Shown here: piece by piece, positions 1 to 8,804 of the stretch
Layout of the letters: every line of letters begins with the position of its first letter
Numbering within the stretch: position 1 is the stretch's first letter
From: a virus
Virus record (IMG/VR): IMGVR_UViG_3300028844_006119
Coordinates: 64,001-128,000 of that record
Reading direction: 5' to 3' (one strand)
DNA: 64,000 nucleotides
Made by a program: the position numbers and the translations under genes
Notes under the pieces: model-generated
The model's input: the letters and a program-made list of their open reading frames with translations, nothing else
Databases searched by the model: none
What the model was told of the DNA's origin: nothing

Positions 1-839
1 AGGGACGTGATCTCGTTTCCCGGATCTTGCTCTCCATTGTAGACCCAGCAGAGGTGCTCCTCAATGGTCTGCAACTTCTTGGTCAAGTTGGAGATCTCGC
101 CCTGCAAGGCAGTGATCTCCTCATCACGAGCTGCGGCCGAGGCTGCGGCCTTATCCAGCATAGTTCCGATGGTCTGCAGCATGTCGACCATGAGAGCGTT
201 GGGCTCCGTAGGCGGGGGAGTTGCCGCCGCCGCCGCCTTCTTGTTCCGGCGGGGACGCCGGCCTGGGGTCGCCTTGGCTCCCTCAACGGGAGCCTCCTCA
301 ACGGGAGCTTCCTCGACCGGCTTCTTGCGTCGAGTGCGGCGCTGCTTGGGAGGGGCTTTCTCCTCAGGCGCAGCCTCGGGGGCCTCGGGGGCCTCGGCCT
401 CCTTCTTTGGGGCCTTCGCCGCCTTCTTGGCGCCTCCGCCCAGGTCTGCTGCCAACGCCTGAAGGGCGGCGTCATCCATCTCTGCGACCCCGGAGTACAG
501 CTGTTCCCCGTTGTCATTGGTCATGGCACTGATGGCATCTACCAAGGCCTGTGCCTTCATTGGAAAGGATTTGCCCTGGCTCACAGCCCCAGAAAGAACT
601 GCCACCATGCGAAGGTGCTTGCGTGATCCGATGATATCCATATCTATGATTTGTCCTGGTTTTTGTTTGGTTTTTATTACTACTTCTGGTCCGAACAGAT
701 CTACTGCCCGGACCCTGCCATTGAGCACAGAGTCTTCTACATTTTCGAAGACCCCACACCCTTCAAGGAGCATCACCATCTCCGGGGTCGCTTTTCTGCA
801 GTGAGGCAGCGAAGCGCAGGAGATGCAGGGGCCTCTCAT
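1..839 (-). CDS. Hypothetical protein, 3' end outside the window, with Cys-rich N-terminus, Ala/Lys/Glu/Pro-rich linker and coiled coil; missing from the ORF track
   Basis: Manual translation from ATG at 839 (ATGA overlap with the upstream stop): MRGPCISCASLPHC...AKKAAKAPKKEAEAPEAPEAAPEE...EITALQGEISNLTKKLQTIEEHL; open to the window edge. Confidence 0.8.
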   Translation of the reverse strand, partial: MRGPCISCASLPHCRKATPEMVMLLEGCGVFENVEDSVLNGRVRAVDLFGPEVVIKTKQKPGQIIDMDIIGSRKHLRMVAVLSGAVSQGKSFPMKAQALVDAISAMTNDNGEQLYSGVAEMDDAALQALAADLGGGAKKAAKAPKKEAEAPEAPEAAPEEKAPPKQRRTRRKKPVEEAPVEEAPVEGAKATPGRRPRRNKKAAAAATPPPTEPNALMVDMLQTIGTMLDKAAASAAARDEEITALQGEISNLTKKLQTIEEHLCWVYNGEQDPGNEITS

Positions 840-1126
840 AGGATGTCTTCTTTGAGTCCCATCCAGCATCGAACGACGATCATGTTTGGGCACCCGTAGG
901 ACACACACTTTCCATTACACCCCGGAAGTTGTGTCCGAAGTCTCCGGAAATTCCTACGGATATGGTCCTGCATCTCCTGTCTATGGGCAGAGAGAGGACA
1001 TTCCTCTCCTTCTTCCCCGTCTAGGGTGGCCTCGAGCTCCGACCGAGGCCCGTCTCTGTGGACATTCTTACCGTCCACTTCCCTGCAGAGCTCCTGGAGC
1101 TCCGTTCTATTCAGCTCGTCGTACAT
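836..1126 (-). CDS. Hypothetical protein, Cys-containing
   Basis: ORF in operon context; N-terminal LNRTELQELC resembles a SAP/Rho-N-like helix; four C-terminal Cys. Confidence 0.65.
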   Translation of the reverse strand: MYDELNRTELQELCREVDGKNVHRDGPRSELEATLDGEEGEECPLSAHRQEMQDHIRRNFRRLRTQLPGCNGKCVSYGCPNMIVVRCWMGLKEDIL

Positions 1127-1580
1127 CCGGGATCCCATAGTTTTCTGGGTCTCCGGGCCTCAGAATCATTCTAAGGCCTGTCGGCTCTCCCATGCTTTTG
1201 GTTAGGGTCAGACGGAAAAACAGGCAGTCGTCGATCTCTCCGAGAGTCTCTACGAGACAGTCCTCGACCAACTTACGCCTATTCCCTACGTCAAACTTCT
1301 TATGCAGTGTTTTGGCCTTCTTTTTCGCCCAGCCTTTATTGATCACTGTCTCGAAGAAGAAGTGAATATCAAGCTCGTAGATGCTCCGCTCGTCGTGAAG
1401 TCCTACGAATTGGCTCATTTCAATCAAGTAGTTTTGTCGAATATGCTCCGAGAAAAGCTTCTTGAAGTCGCGAGCCTCCTTTGAGTAAACCTGTCCTCCC
1501 TGCCACCTGTGAACCCGAATTCGGTTTTCAGAGGGAGGAAGGAAGGGGATGAACAGACTTAGCTCCCTATTTGAAGTCAT
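1107..1580 (-). CDS. RusA-like endodeoxyribonuclease / Holliday junction resolvase
   Basis: PFLPPSEN near the N-terminus and DVGNRRKLVEDCL...IDD match the RusA D-x-x-N-x-x-K-x-x-x-D...DD pattern. Confidence 0.7.
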   Translation of the reverse strand: MTSNRELSLFIPFLPPSENRIRVHRWQGGQVYSKEARDFKKLFSEHIRQNYLIEMSQFVGLHDERSIYELDIHFFFETVINKGWAKKKAKTLHKKFDVGNRRKLVEDCLVETLGEIDDCLFFRLTLTKSMGEPTGLRMILRPGDPENYGIPDVRRAE

Positions 1581-2133
1581 TGCCGCCCCCGCTCCACTTC
1601 TTCCGTCCAATGTTCCCGTCCCTGCGGTTCATGCTGATCTCCATCTCCTTGGTGGTGATGAGGCGCGACACCACGCGCAGGTCCCTGCTGGCGGCCTCCG
1701 CGCGGATCTCTACAAGTCTCGAGTACGTGTCCTCCTCAACGTAGTTGGCATTGGCCTCCACCCACCGAGAATCCGTTACCGTCTTGTCCTCTTTGTCCTG
1801 GACAGTGCCGGTCTGTCTCTTCCTGATCTGAGCCTTGGCCTGCTTCAGCTTCTGCTCTGCATTAGATGCGGCGGCCTTCGCCACTGTCAGCAGCCCGTGA
1901 ACCCAATCAGTAAAGCGGCACTGCAGAGAGTAGATCTCCCCCAGCTCTTTGTTGGTGTAGCTGTTGATATCCGCAGGGAGATGCCCGTCATAGTAGGACC
2001 CGTCATCCAGCATGGGACGTGGAGCCATCTGGAGGCCCACATCCTCAAGGCGCTGAATGGCTCTCATCGTCGCGTTGTCGTACTTCTCATCGGCCTCGTC
2101 CAGGCGAATGGAGTAATCCATGCCGCTTTTCAC
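1567..2133 (-). CDS. Helical protein, possibly a UvsY-like recombination mediator
   Basis: Coiled-coil composition, size and position near RecA; weak resemblance only. Confidence 0.35.
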   Translation of the reverse strand: MKSGMDYSIRLDEADEKYDNATMRAIQRLEDVGLQMAPRPMLDDGSYYDGHLPADINSYTNKELGEIYSLQCRFTDWVHGLLTVAKAAASNAEQKLKQAKAQIRKRQTGTVQDKEDKTVTDSRWVEANANYVEEDTYSRLVEIRAEAASRDLRVVSRLITTKEMEISMNRRDGNIGRKKWSGGGNDFK

Positions 2134-2942
2134 GACAGCCTCTGGTCACAGAAGTAGTTGTAGGGGCACTGCTGACACATGTTCTTGTCTGCATCTGCGA
2201 TAGGCGCGATGCCCGACTCAATCGCGTCATCTACTTTCTTGCCCTTATTTCTCCACCACTTCTTGTAGGTGCGCGGGTTGTACGGGACTACGAACTCCTT
2301 GACGGAGTGCGGCCACAGCTTCGACACGTACAGGAAGCTGATGAACGGGATGTCCAACGCCGTCGCATAGATGCCCTCTGCCTGAACCAGATGCTCCTTC
2401 TTGGGCTCGGTGAGCTTATCGAACTCCTTGCCGATGCTCTTGATCTCGAGAAGGACTCTTGCCTTCGGCAGCTCAACCACGCCATCTGTGCGGCTGTTCA
2501 GAACAAAAGCCTCGGGCAGATCCACCCGGACCTCATCCCTGAACTTTCCCGGTAGGGCGACGTGTAGCGCCCGCTGAACCACATCGTGGATTGCATGGCC
2601 CATGGAGAAGGTCACCAGAAGCTCTGGGCGGAACTCCGACTTTGGGGCTCTGTCCGCGATCACATCGTAGTACAGGCGACGCCGACACGTATGTGCGGAT
2701 GACGCGTGAATGGTCCCTACCGACCGCATCCCCTTCTTCCAAAGACCCGTGCCGTCGCAGGTCCGACAGGTTTCTGTTGGCGGAGCCTCCTTCCACTCCT
2801 CATACTCGTCGAGGGTGGATCCGGTCTCTCGGCCCATTTGTCGGGCACCCTTGTAGTAGTACTCACGGAGCTTGATCCCGCTCCGAACTTCCTCTACCTC
2901 TTCTGCGCTTGAGTTGAGCAAATCTTCAATTGTCCAAATCAT
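2130..2942 (-). CDS. Cas4-like PD-(D/E)XK exonuclease with Fe-S cysteines
   Basis: HASSAHTCRRRLYY, GHAIH, RTDG, LEIKS, Q-x-x-x-x-Y and C-terminal CQQCPYNYFC; extra CRTCDGTG motif. Confidence 0.8.
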   Translation of the reverse strand: MIWTIEDLLNSSAEEVEEVRSGIKLREYYYKGARQMGRETGSTLDEYEEWKEAPPTETCRTCDGTGLWKKGMRSVGTIHASSAHTCRRRLYYDVIADRAPKSEFRPELLVTFSMGHAIHDVVQRALHVALPGKFRDEVRVDLPEAFVLNSRTDGVVELPKARVLLEIKSIGKEFDKLTEPKKEHLVQAEGIYATALDIPFISFLYVSKLWPHSVKEFVVPYNPRTYKKWWRNKGKKVDDAIESGIAPIADADKNMCQQCPYNYFCDQRLS

Positions 2943-3393
2943 TAAATGCCTCCAGCATCTGGATGAACCAGTCCTCAGGTACGATGTAATAGGCCTGGCC
3001 CTGCTTTCGGAACTCCACATAGAACAGGGGAATCTGGTCCCCCTCGGACTGGTTGGCGATCTTCTGCAGTTCCTCGGCCTTCAAGCTGTATGACTTCTTA
3101 TCCGTGTACTTGCATTCGACGCGGACAGTGTCTGACCGGACATCCCCTTTATCGATGGGGGTCTGCCCGGAAGCGATGGTCTGACGAGCGCCTAGATTCT
3201 TGGCCACTCTTTTCTCTTGTTTATCTGCCTGCCTGCGGGTGCTTTTAGACTTAGGTTTCTTGGGTGTGTATTCCCGAGAAACGGCCTGGAACTTAGAGAA
3301 GGTTCTGCGGCATGTGCCACAAATGGTCTTCCCCAAGGCCCAGGCCTTGATGTTGAAGCCACCACAATGCGGGCATGAATCCCGCTTGCCCAT
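2926..3393 (-). CDS. Zn-ribbon plus PD-(D/E)XK nuclease (Hjc-like resolvase)
   Basis: CPHC...CGTC, followed by QEKRVAK...ASG...KGDV...VECK. Confidence 0.7.
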   Translation of the reverse strand: MGKRDSCPHCGGFNIKAWALGKTICGTCRRTFSKFQAVSREYTPKKPKSKSTRRQADKQEKRVAKNLGARQTIASGQTPIDKGDVRSDTVRVECKYTDKKSYSLKAEELQKIANQSEGDQIPLFYVEFRKQGQAYYIVPEDWFIQMLEAFNDLDN

Positions 3394-4547
3394 CAGTGGC
3401 TACACCGGATTCCGGCCTTAGAGAGCGTAAGCCTCTCGATCTCGTCAAGCAGATCATTCTCGATGACGTACTGAGCCGCCTTTGCAGCTCCCTGTCCGAT
3501 CTGCTCTCCGTTGTACGAGTACCAGGCTCCCGCCCGCTCCACTACTCCATGTTGTGCGGCGACAGACACACTGTGCTCTGCTCGGGCAATCCCACACAGG
3601 GAGTAGTAGAAGTCGTACTTGCCCTGAGCCCCCTCGTGACCGCCAGCCTTCTGCTTTGTGATCTCCCAGCGGATCGTCTTTCCGATCTTGCCCTTCTTCG
3701 GATCCTTGATCGTAGCGACCGGGCTCATCTGCAGAGTGACCCACCGAGCGTGCTTCAGAGCCCAGCCCCCGGCTTCAATCGTCTTCGGGCTGTACTTGTT
3801 GGCGCGGTCAGTGTTGTCCCGGACCTGATTGATCGCCAGGACGCAGGTGAGGTTGGGGTTCCCCTTCTCGTCAGGCGCCATGGCGAAGTTCAGCTTTCTG
3901 GCGAAGCGGGTGTTCAGCATCGCTGCGCCACCCACTCGCTGAGACCCCGACAGATCGTTCTCGTCGTCATGCTCCGTCAGCAACGAGCCGAACGAATCAA
4001 TCAGTACGATGTCGAACTCCCGGCTGCCGATCAGCTCAAGGGCAATAGAGAGGCTGTCCTCTGCGGTGGACGGAGGTACGGTGACGAAGTCCCCTACCTG
4101 ATCCGTCAGCTCCTCAACCTCTTCGTCGGAGAGACCCTCTTCGCCCTCCCGCTCCATCTGGCGGTTGAGCTCGTTGACCTCTAGCTCTGAGAGTGCGACT
4201 CGCACCCCGCAGCTCTTCGCAAAGAGCTTGTCGTACACCATCTCCGTGCTGACTACGGCGATGGAGGTGTTCTCCCCATGTCGGATTTGGTGCTCCCTAA
4301 TCACCTGATTGGCGATCCAGTTCTTCCCGACACCCTGCTTCCCGGTCAGGAAGCTCATCCCTCCGGCGGGGAATCCGCCTGAGAGAGCGATGTCCAGGTC
4401 CAGGAGGGACGTAGACAAGCGCTTCAGCATCCAGGGCATTGTGTACTCCCCGGCGTTAAACACCTTTCCGGGGTACCGGGACTTTAGCTGGTTGAGTACT
4501 CCAGCAACGCCGCTACTTGCGGCGGTTTCCTTCTTCTTTCTTGGCAT
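3393..4547 (-). CDS. recA: RecA-family recombinase
   Basis: LDIALSGGFPAG, Walker A GKQGVGKN, IVLIDS, INQVRD, GGWALKH, GAWYSYNGEQIGQG. Confidence 0.93.
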   Translation of the reverse strand: MPRKKKETAASSGVAGVLNQLKSRYPGKVFNAGEYTMPWMLKRLSTSLLDLDIALSGGFPAGGMSFLTGKQGVGKNWIANQVIREHQIRHGENTSIAVVSTEMVYDKLFAKSCGVRVALSELEVNELNRQMEREGEEGLSDEEVEELTDQVGDFVTVPPSTAEDSLSIALELIGSREFDIVLIDSFGSLLTEHDDENDLSGSQRVGGAAMLNTRFARKLNFAMAPDEKGNPNLTCVLAINQVRDNTDRANKYSPKTIEAGGWALKHARWVTLQMSPVATIKDPKKGKIGKTIRWEITKQKAGGHEGAQGKYDFYYSLCGIARAEHSVSVAAQHGVVERAGAWYSYNGEQIGQGAAKAAQYVIENDLLDEIERLTLSKAGIRCSH

Positions 4548-4698
4548 TTTTCTCCCAGGGACGAGTCCCACAGTTCGGGCAATGAGGCGTCATGCCTCGG
4601 TAATTTACGGATCGAGACCCGCAGGAAGAGCAGGGGGCCGCCCCCTGCATAGCGGTCTTGTTCATTTCTTCGTCGGTTACGACTGCGTACTTGTCCAT
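4513..4698 (-). CDS. Small Zn-ribbon protein
   Basis: CSSC...CPNC in 61 aa; overlaps both neighbours as in an operon. Confidence 0.6.
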   Translation of the reverse strand: MDKYAVVTDEEMNKTAMQGAAPCSSCGSRSVNYRGMTPHCPNCGTRPWEKNAKKEEGNRRK

Positions 4699-4964
4699 CT
4701 GTTCAACTCCTGTCGAAAGGCTCTCATTGGCTTTACTGAGAGTAGGAGCATCCTAACCTTCGACGTCGTCCCGTGGACAGGGTCTCGTAGCGTTTTCGGA
4801 CGCATAGCTGAGCGCAGACGGAAGAGGGACTTGAAAGCTACTTCCTCCTGTCTGGTCAACGCTTCTCTTATGACGTTGTTCTGCGTGTCCATGAACAAGC
4901 GCACCGCGTTGCGCGGCATGCCCGTCCTCTTAGCGATCTCTCGCTCCATCTCCTTATCCGTCAT
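4677..4964 (-). CDS. HU/IHF-like DNA-binding protein
   Basis: MTDKEMEREIAKRTG...IREAL...EEVAFKSLF...RDPVHG...KPMRAFRQELN follows the HU fold pattern. Confidence 0.8.
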   Translation of the reverse strand: MTDKEMEREIAKRTGMPRNAVRLFMDTQNNVIREALTRQEEVAFKSLFRLRSAMRPKTLRDPVHGTTSKVRMLLLSVKPMRAFRQELNRWTSTQS

Positions 4965-5166
4965 TGTTGACCACGGTGAAGGAGGCCGTACTGCCAAAAA
5001 CGAGAGCGCCTTTCTCACTCCGAAACAGCAGGCCAAGCTCCGAAGCCTCCTCAAAGGTGACTGCTATCGCTGGCTCAATTTTAATCCCATCGAGGGAGTA
5101 GAGAAGGACTTCTACTCCCTCTAAGGATCGAAGTTTGGGGCGATATTCTACGGTGACTCCCATCAC
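4954..5166 (-). CDS. Hypothetical protein
   Basis: 70-aa ORF coupled to the polymerase stop codon. Confidence 0.55.
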   Translation of the reverse strand: MMGVTVEYRPKLRSLEGVEVLLYSLDGIKIEPAIAVTFEEASELGLLFRSEKGALVFGSTASFTVVNNDG

Positions 5167-7574
5167 TTTGCTTCTCCCCAGCTGTGGGCCTGGTCCATGG
5201 AAATGATGATAGGAACGTCCATTGGGATGGGGTTCTCCATCAGCTCCTTGATCAAGCTCATCGCCTCTTCGATTACTTCCGGGATGTCAGGCACCTCGAA
5301 GACCAATTCGTCATGGATCTGCATCAGCATCCGTACTCCCAACGATCGGAGGTCCTTGCTGTACTCACAGTTCAGCATGGCCTCAACAGCGATGTCCGCT
5401 GCTGAGCCCTGAATGATCGAGTTGACCGACTGCCTGCGGGCCATTGACGCCATTGCCCGGTCATCACTAATGATATCCGGGAGCCTCCTGTATCTCCCCT
5501 GAATGGTCTGTACGTACAGATCTTCTTCGCACCGGTCGTGGGTGTCGTAGATGAATCGACGAACATTGGGGTAGATCTCGAAGTACGTCTCGATCAGCTC
5601 TTGTGCCTTGGGGCAGGAGTCGTACGTCCTCCCGTTCTTCATGGTCTTTGTGTGCAGCGGAAGTCCCAGCTGAGCGCCCAACTTTCCCGCCCCAATTCCA
5701 TACAGCAGGCCAAAACCAACAGCCTTCATTCCAGCACGAAGCTCGATGAGGGCTTTCTGGTCGTCTGTGGGACTGCTGGCTTTCTTTGCCGCAACAATCT
5801 CATCGTAGTCAGCGCCCACAGCAAGTGCGCCGGTCATGGAGTGAAGGTCTTTGCCCTCTCTGATTGTTTCAATCATCGTAGGATCCTGGCTCATGTGAGC
5901 CATGATCCGCATCTCCAGCTGCTCGTAGTCGGCCACGATCAGTGTCATGGGCTGGCGACAGTCGTAGTCAGGCAGAGAAATGTGGCGAAGCGGCCGAACC
6001 GTATGGTCCCCACAATCTCCGTACTTTCCGGCCACAAATAGCTCGCGCAGCCTTGTGCCCCACTCTCCACGGGAAGGGATGTTCTGGAGGTTTGGGTTTC
6101 CAGAAGAGAGACGCCCCGTGACGGTCCCGTGGATCTTCAGATCGGTGTGGATTCTGCCGATCTTGTCTGTAGTGGCGGGCAAGCCCGTCAGGTACGTCCC
6201 GTGCAGCTTCTTTAGGACACGGTGTTCCTGGAGACATTCTGCCAGAGGCTCTCCCTTTTCTGCCCACTCCTTGATCACCTCTTTGTTGGTGGAGGGGTTC
6301 TTGATCCCCGTAGACCCGCCTTTTGTCCAAACTCGAGGCTTGTTCCCAAAGGGGTCCTTCCAGTTTCCAGAAGCATCCTGAGAGAAGAACAGCTTCAGGA
6401 GCTGTTTGGGGCTGTTTGGGTTTACGTCCCACCCGGCCATACGCACCAGGGTTCTCTCCAACCTGTCGATGTCCTTGCCCATGGGGATGCGGAGAGCGTG
6501 CGTAGCTGGAAGGTCAATGAAGAACCCCCTCCGCTCCATGTTCCACAAAGTCCGAAGGAACTTAGTCGTAGTCTTGTAGTAGTACTCCTTCAGAGTCATT
6601 GAGTCGGTCATTTGGACCGCCTCCATCTCATCACAGAGGGTGTCCACCAGGGTGTAAGAGGCCCAAGCGTCCAAGGAGGCGTAGTCGCCTACCAGAAGCT
6701 TGAGCATCTCAAGGGGCTCCTCGTCTGCGCGCACCATGCCCTTCAGGCTCTCTAGGACGATCTCATGCGCGTCCTCCAATAAGAGAGGCTCTTGGAGCGC
6801 GTCTTTGTACTTGCTGCGCTCGTCTCTCTCCACCGCCGGGAGACCCAGTAGCTCCATAAAGTCGGACACGTACCCCAGACGGGTGCGGGTCTTTGGACAT
6901 ACCCCGAACTTTCGGGCAATGCTCAGGAGGCTCGACGCCGTCATCAGATTGGTTGCCTGACCGGAAGCTCGGAACTCTCCGAGGGCCTTGCTGACCTTCT
7001 TGAGGGCCTGGATCACAGCGTCGTCCCCATAGACCTTCCCCACCAGGGCCAGAAGTTCGAGCGCGTAGCCCTCGTCCTTGGCCTCCAGGGCGTCGTGCAT
7101 GTGAACCAGGGTCTCTACTTCCTTATCTATGGAGCCCACTCCCCCAAATACGTCCTTGAAGGGAGCCATACGAAGGCCCAGGTAGTCAGACGCGCACTGC
7201 TTCAGGCCGTGCCTGCCCCTGCGATTCTCATCCAACAGCCAGTCCATGGCTACTGTGTCTTCCAGGACGCCCCGCAAGTCGATGCCGTGACTGGCGACCA
7301 TGTGCATGTCGAACTTTGCATTCGTCATACGCTTCGAAATCTTGGGATCCTCCAAGATTCCCTTGAAGAAATCGAGCAGCCGCACCGGGGCGCAGATCCG
7401 AGTATCCCCATCTGAGAAGGAAAAGAACTTAACTCTAGCCGCTGTCTTGGATAGGCCTGTCGTCTCCGTGTCGAAACCAATCTTGTGGCAGCTTTCGTAG
7501 CGGGCTGCCCACTCCTCCGCTTCCTCTTCGGTATCAACGTATACCGGGTCTGGGGTCCTGATGAACCTATACAT
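5163..7574 (-). CDS. polA: DNA polymerase, family A, with 3'-5' exonuclease and no 5'-3' exonuclease
   Basis: FDTETTGL, NAKFD, YASLDA, TGRLSSGNPNLQNIP, ADYEQLEMR, RAGMKAVGFGLLYG, QIHDEL. Confidence 0.96.
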   Translation of the reverse strand: MYRFIRTPDPVYVDTEEEAEEWAARYESCHKIGFDTETTGLSKTAARVKFFSFSDGDTRICAPVRLLDFFKGILEDPKISKRMTNAKFDMHMVASHGIDLRGVLEDTVAMDWLLDENRRGRHGLKQCASDYLGLRMAPFKDVFGGVGSIDKEVETLVHMHDALEAKDEGYALELLALVGKVYGDDAVIQALKKVSKALGEFRASGQATNLMTASSLLSIARKFGVCPKTRTRLGYVSDFMELLGLPAVERDERSKYKDALQEPLLLEDAHEIVLESLKGMVRADEEPLEMLKLLVGDYASLDAWASYTLVDTLCDEMEAVQMTDSMTLKEYYYKTTTKFLRTLWNMERRGFFIDLPATHALRIPMGKDIDRLERTLVRMAGWDVNPNSPKQLLKLFFSQDASGNWKDPFGNKPRVWTKGGSTGIKNPSTNKEVIKEWAEKGEPLAECLQEHRVLKKLHGTYLTGLPATTDKIGRIHTDLKIHGTVTGRLSSGNPNLQNIPSRGEWGTRLRELFVAGKYGDCGDHTVRPLRHISLPDYDCRQPMTLIVADYEQLEMRIMAHMSQDPTMIETIREGKDLHSMTGALAVGADYDEIVAAKKASSPTDDQKALIELRAGMKAVGFGLLYGIGAGKLGAQLGLPLHTKTMKNGRTYDSCPKAQELIETYFEIYPNVRRFIYDTHDRCEEDLYVQTIQGRYRRLPDIISDDRAMASMARRQSVNSIIQGSAADIAVEAMLNCEYSKDLRSLGVRMLMQIHDELVFEVPDIPEVIEEAMSLIKELMENPIPMDVPIIISMDQAHSWGEAK

Positions 7575-7610
7575 AGCTTTCCTAGGTGTTAAAGAACGAC
7601 GCGCGGTAGC

Positions 7611-7656
7611 GCGAGGTGTAGGAAGACTTAGAGCCTTCCTACACCCCGCTTATGAC
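7611..7656 (-). promoter_or_regulatory. GTCATAA motif followed by an 11-bp hairpin upstream of polA
   Basis: TTATGAC at 7650-7656 on the + strand; stem GGTGTAGGAAG/CTTCCTACACC at 7615-7645. Confidence 0.55.
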
Positions 7657-7664
7657 AGCTTTTC

Positions 7665-8804
7665 CTACTTCCTGAATCGGCCGTAGCCCTTGGAGCCGGA
7701 CTCGTACCCGATGTCATCTTCTCGTAGCTCAAGGAGCTCAGAGAAGTGGGCGTTGCCCTTGGCCTCCGTGTAGAGACCCAGGTCGAACTGAGCCTTTACC
7801 AGCTTGTCCAGATCCTCTGGGAAGATCAGCTTGCCCTCGGCGTCAAGCTCCGGGTTGCCGTCCTCGTCTACCGCGACGGGGGAGGTTCCGTCCGCAAGAC
7901 GGAAGTCTGCGAGAGGAATCACCTTATCGACTCGGATCGTAGGCCACTGGCCTTCCCGCACCTTGGTGATCTGCGCCGCCACTTCCCAGAAGTGAAGAGG
8001 CGTGGGGTCTTCACAGCTATCGCAGAGGCTCTGCGACTGTGGGTAGCCCACATGGCCGCACGCCCCACACCGAATACTGTTGTCTCCAAAACGCTTGACC
8101 TCTCCCTCGGTGAGATCGGTGTCTTCTACGTCCAGAAGGATGTCCTCACACGTCTCGCAGGTGTAGACAGCGGGGAACAGAGACCCCCCGCAGCCGCACA
8201 TCTGCCCCGCCTGGCGACCAATCTCCTTGATCTTCTCAAAGTGGGTGGCGGGCAGCTCGAGGAACTTCTTTCGGAAGAAGCAGCAGTCATCAAACTGTTG
8301 CTGCTTGATAGTGTCCTTCTTCTCACGAAGGGACTTGATGGCGTCCCACCGATGAACGATCTCGCCCTTGAGCTTGCCGTGGCGGTATCGCAGGGGAGCA
8401 CCACTCTTGTCGTTCACCTGCTCTCGGCGGAACAGATCGAAGTGGATGACATTCATGAAGAACCGGTTGGGCTCCCCGTAGCGAGGCGAGGAGACTCTAG
8501 TGTCTCCACAATCTGCGCGCTCGCTGAGAGTGCAGGTGCCCGACTCTTCTCCTCGGAAGTAGCCCCAGCTCTGGTTGCCCCACTTGTTCGTGTACTGAAC
8601 CTTGTACATGGGAAGCCCCAGAAACTGGGAACGGTCCCCTTCTTCTGCGGGGTAGTCTCCGGGGGTTAGGGAGATCCAGGCGGTGTCCCCGTCCTTGAGG
8701 CGGAGCTCATCGCTCCACTTCGCTGTCCAGCCGTTCCGCTTTCCGCGGTTGTTATTGCGTTGGTTGTCTCGCCGCGATGAGGCGGTCAAAGGGATATTTG
8801 CCAT
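7665..8804 (-). CDS. Probable ssDNA-binding protein with Zn-finger insert
   Basis: Lies between primase and polymerase; several CxxC pairs; acidic C-terminal third. Confidence 0.45.
   Translation of the reverse strand: MANIPLTASSRRDNQRNNNRGKRNGWTAKWSDELRLKDGDTAWISLTPGDYPAEEGDRSQFLGLPMYKVQYTNKWGNQSWGYFRGEESGTCTLSERADCGDTRVSSPRYGEPNRFFMNVIHFDLFRREQVNDKSGAPLRYRHGKLKGEIVHRWDAIKSLREKKDTIKQQQFDDCCFFRKKFLELPATHFEKIKEIGRQAGQMCGCGGSLFPAVYTCETCEDILLDVEDTDLTEGEVKRFGDNSIRCGACGHVGYPQSQSLCDSCEDPTPLHFWEVAAQITKVREGQWPTIRVDKVIPLADFRLADGTSPVAVDEDGNPELDAEGKLIFPEDLDKLVKAQFDLGLYTEAKGNAHFSELLELREDDIGYESGSKGYGRFRK

Noticed and set aside
27-626. ORF-track calls 27-626 (+), 64-462 (+) and 83-517 (-)
   Set aside because: Better explained by the minus-strand frame from 839 that runs off the window
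2130-2942. Cas4-like gene as evidence of a CRISPR-Cas locus
   Set aside because: No repeat-spacer array or other cas genes were seen; stand-alone Cas4-like nucleases are common in phage replication modules
5163-7574. Intein or intron in the polymerase, RNAP, helicase or terminase
   Set aside because: No C/S...HN splice junctions or LAGLIDADG motifs were seen, and the reading frames are continuous
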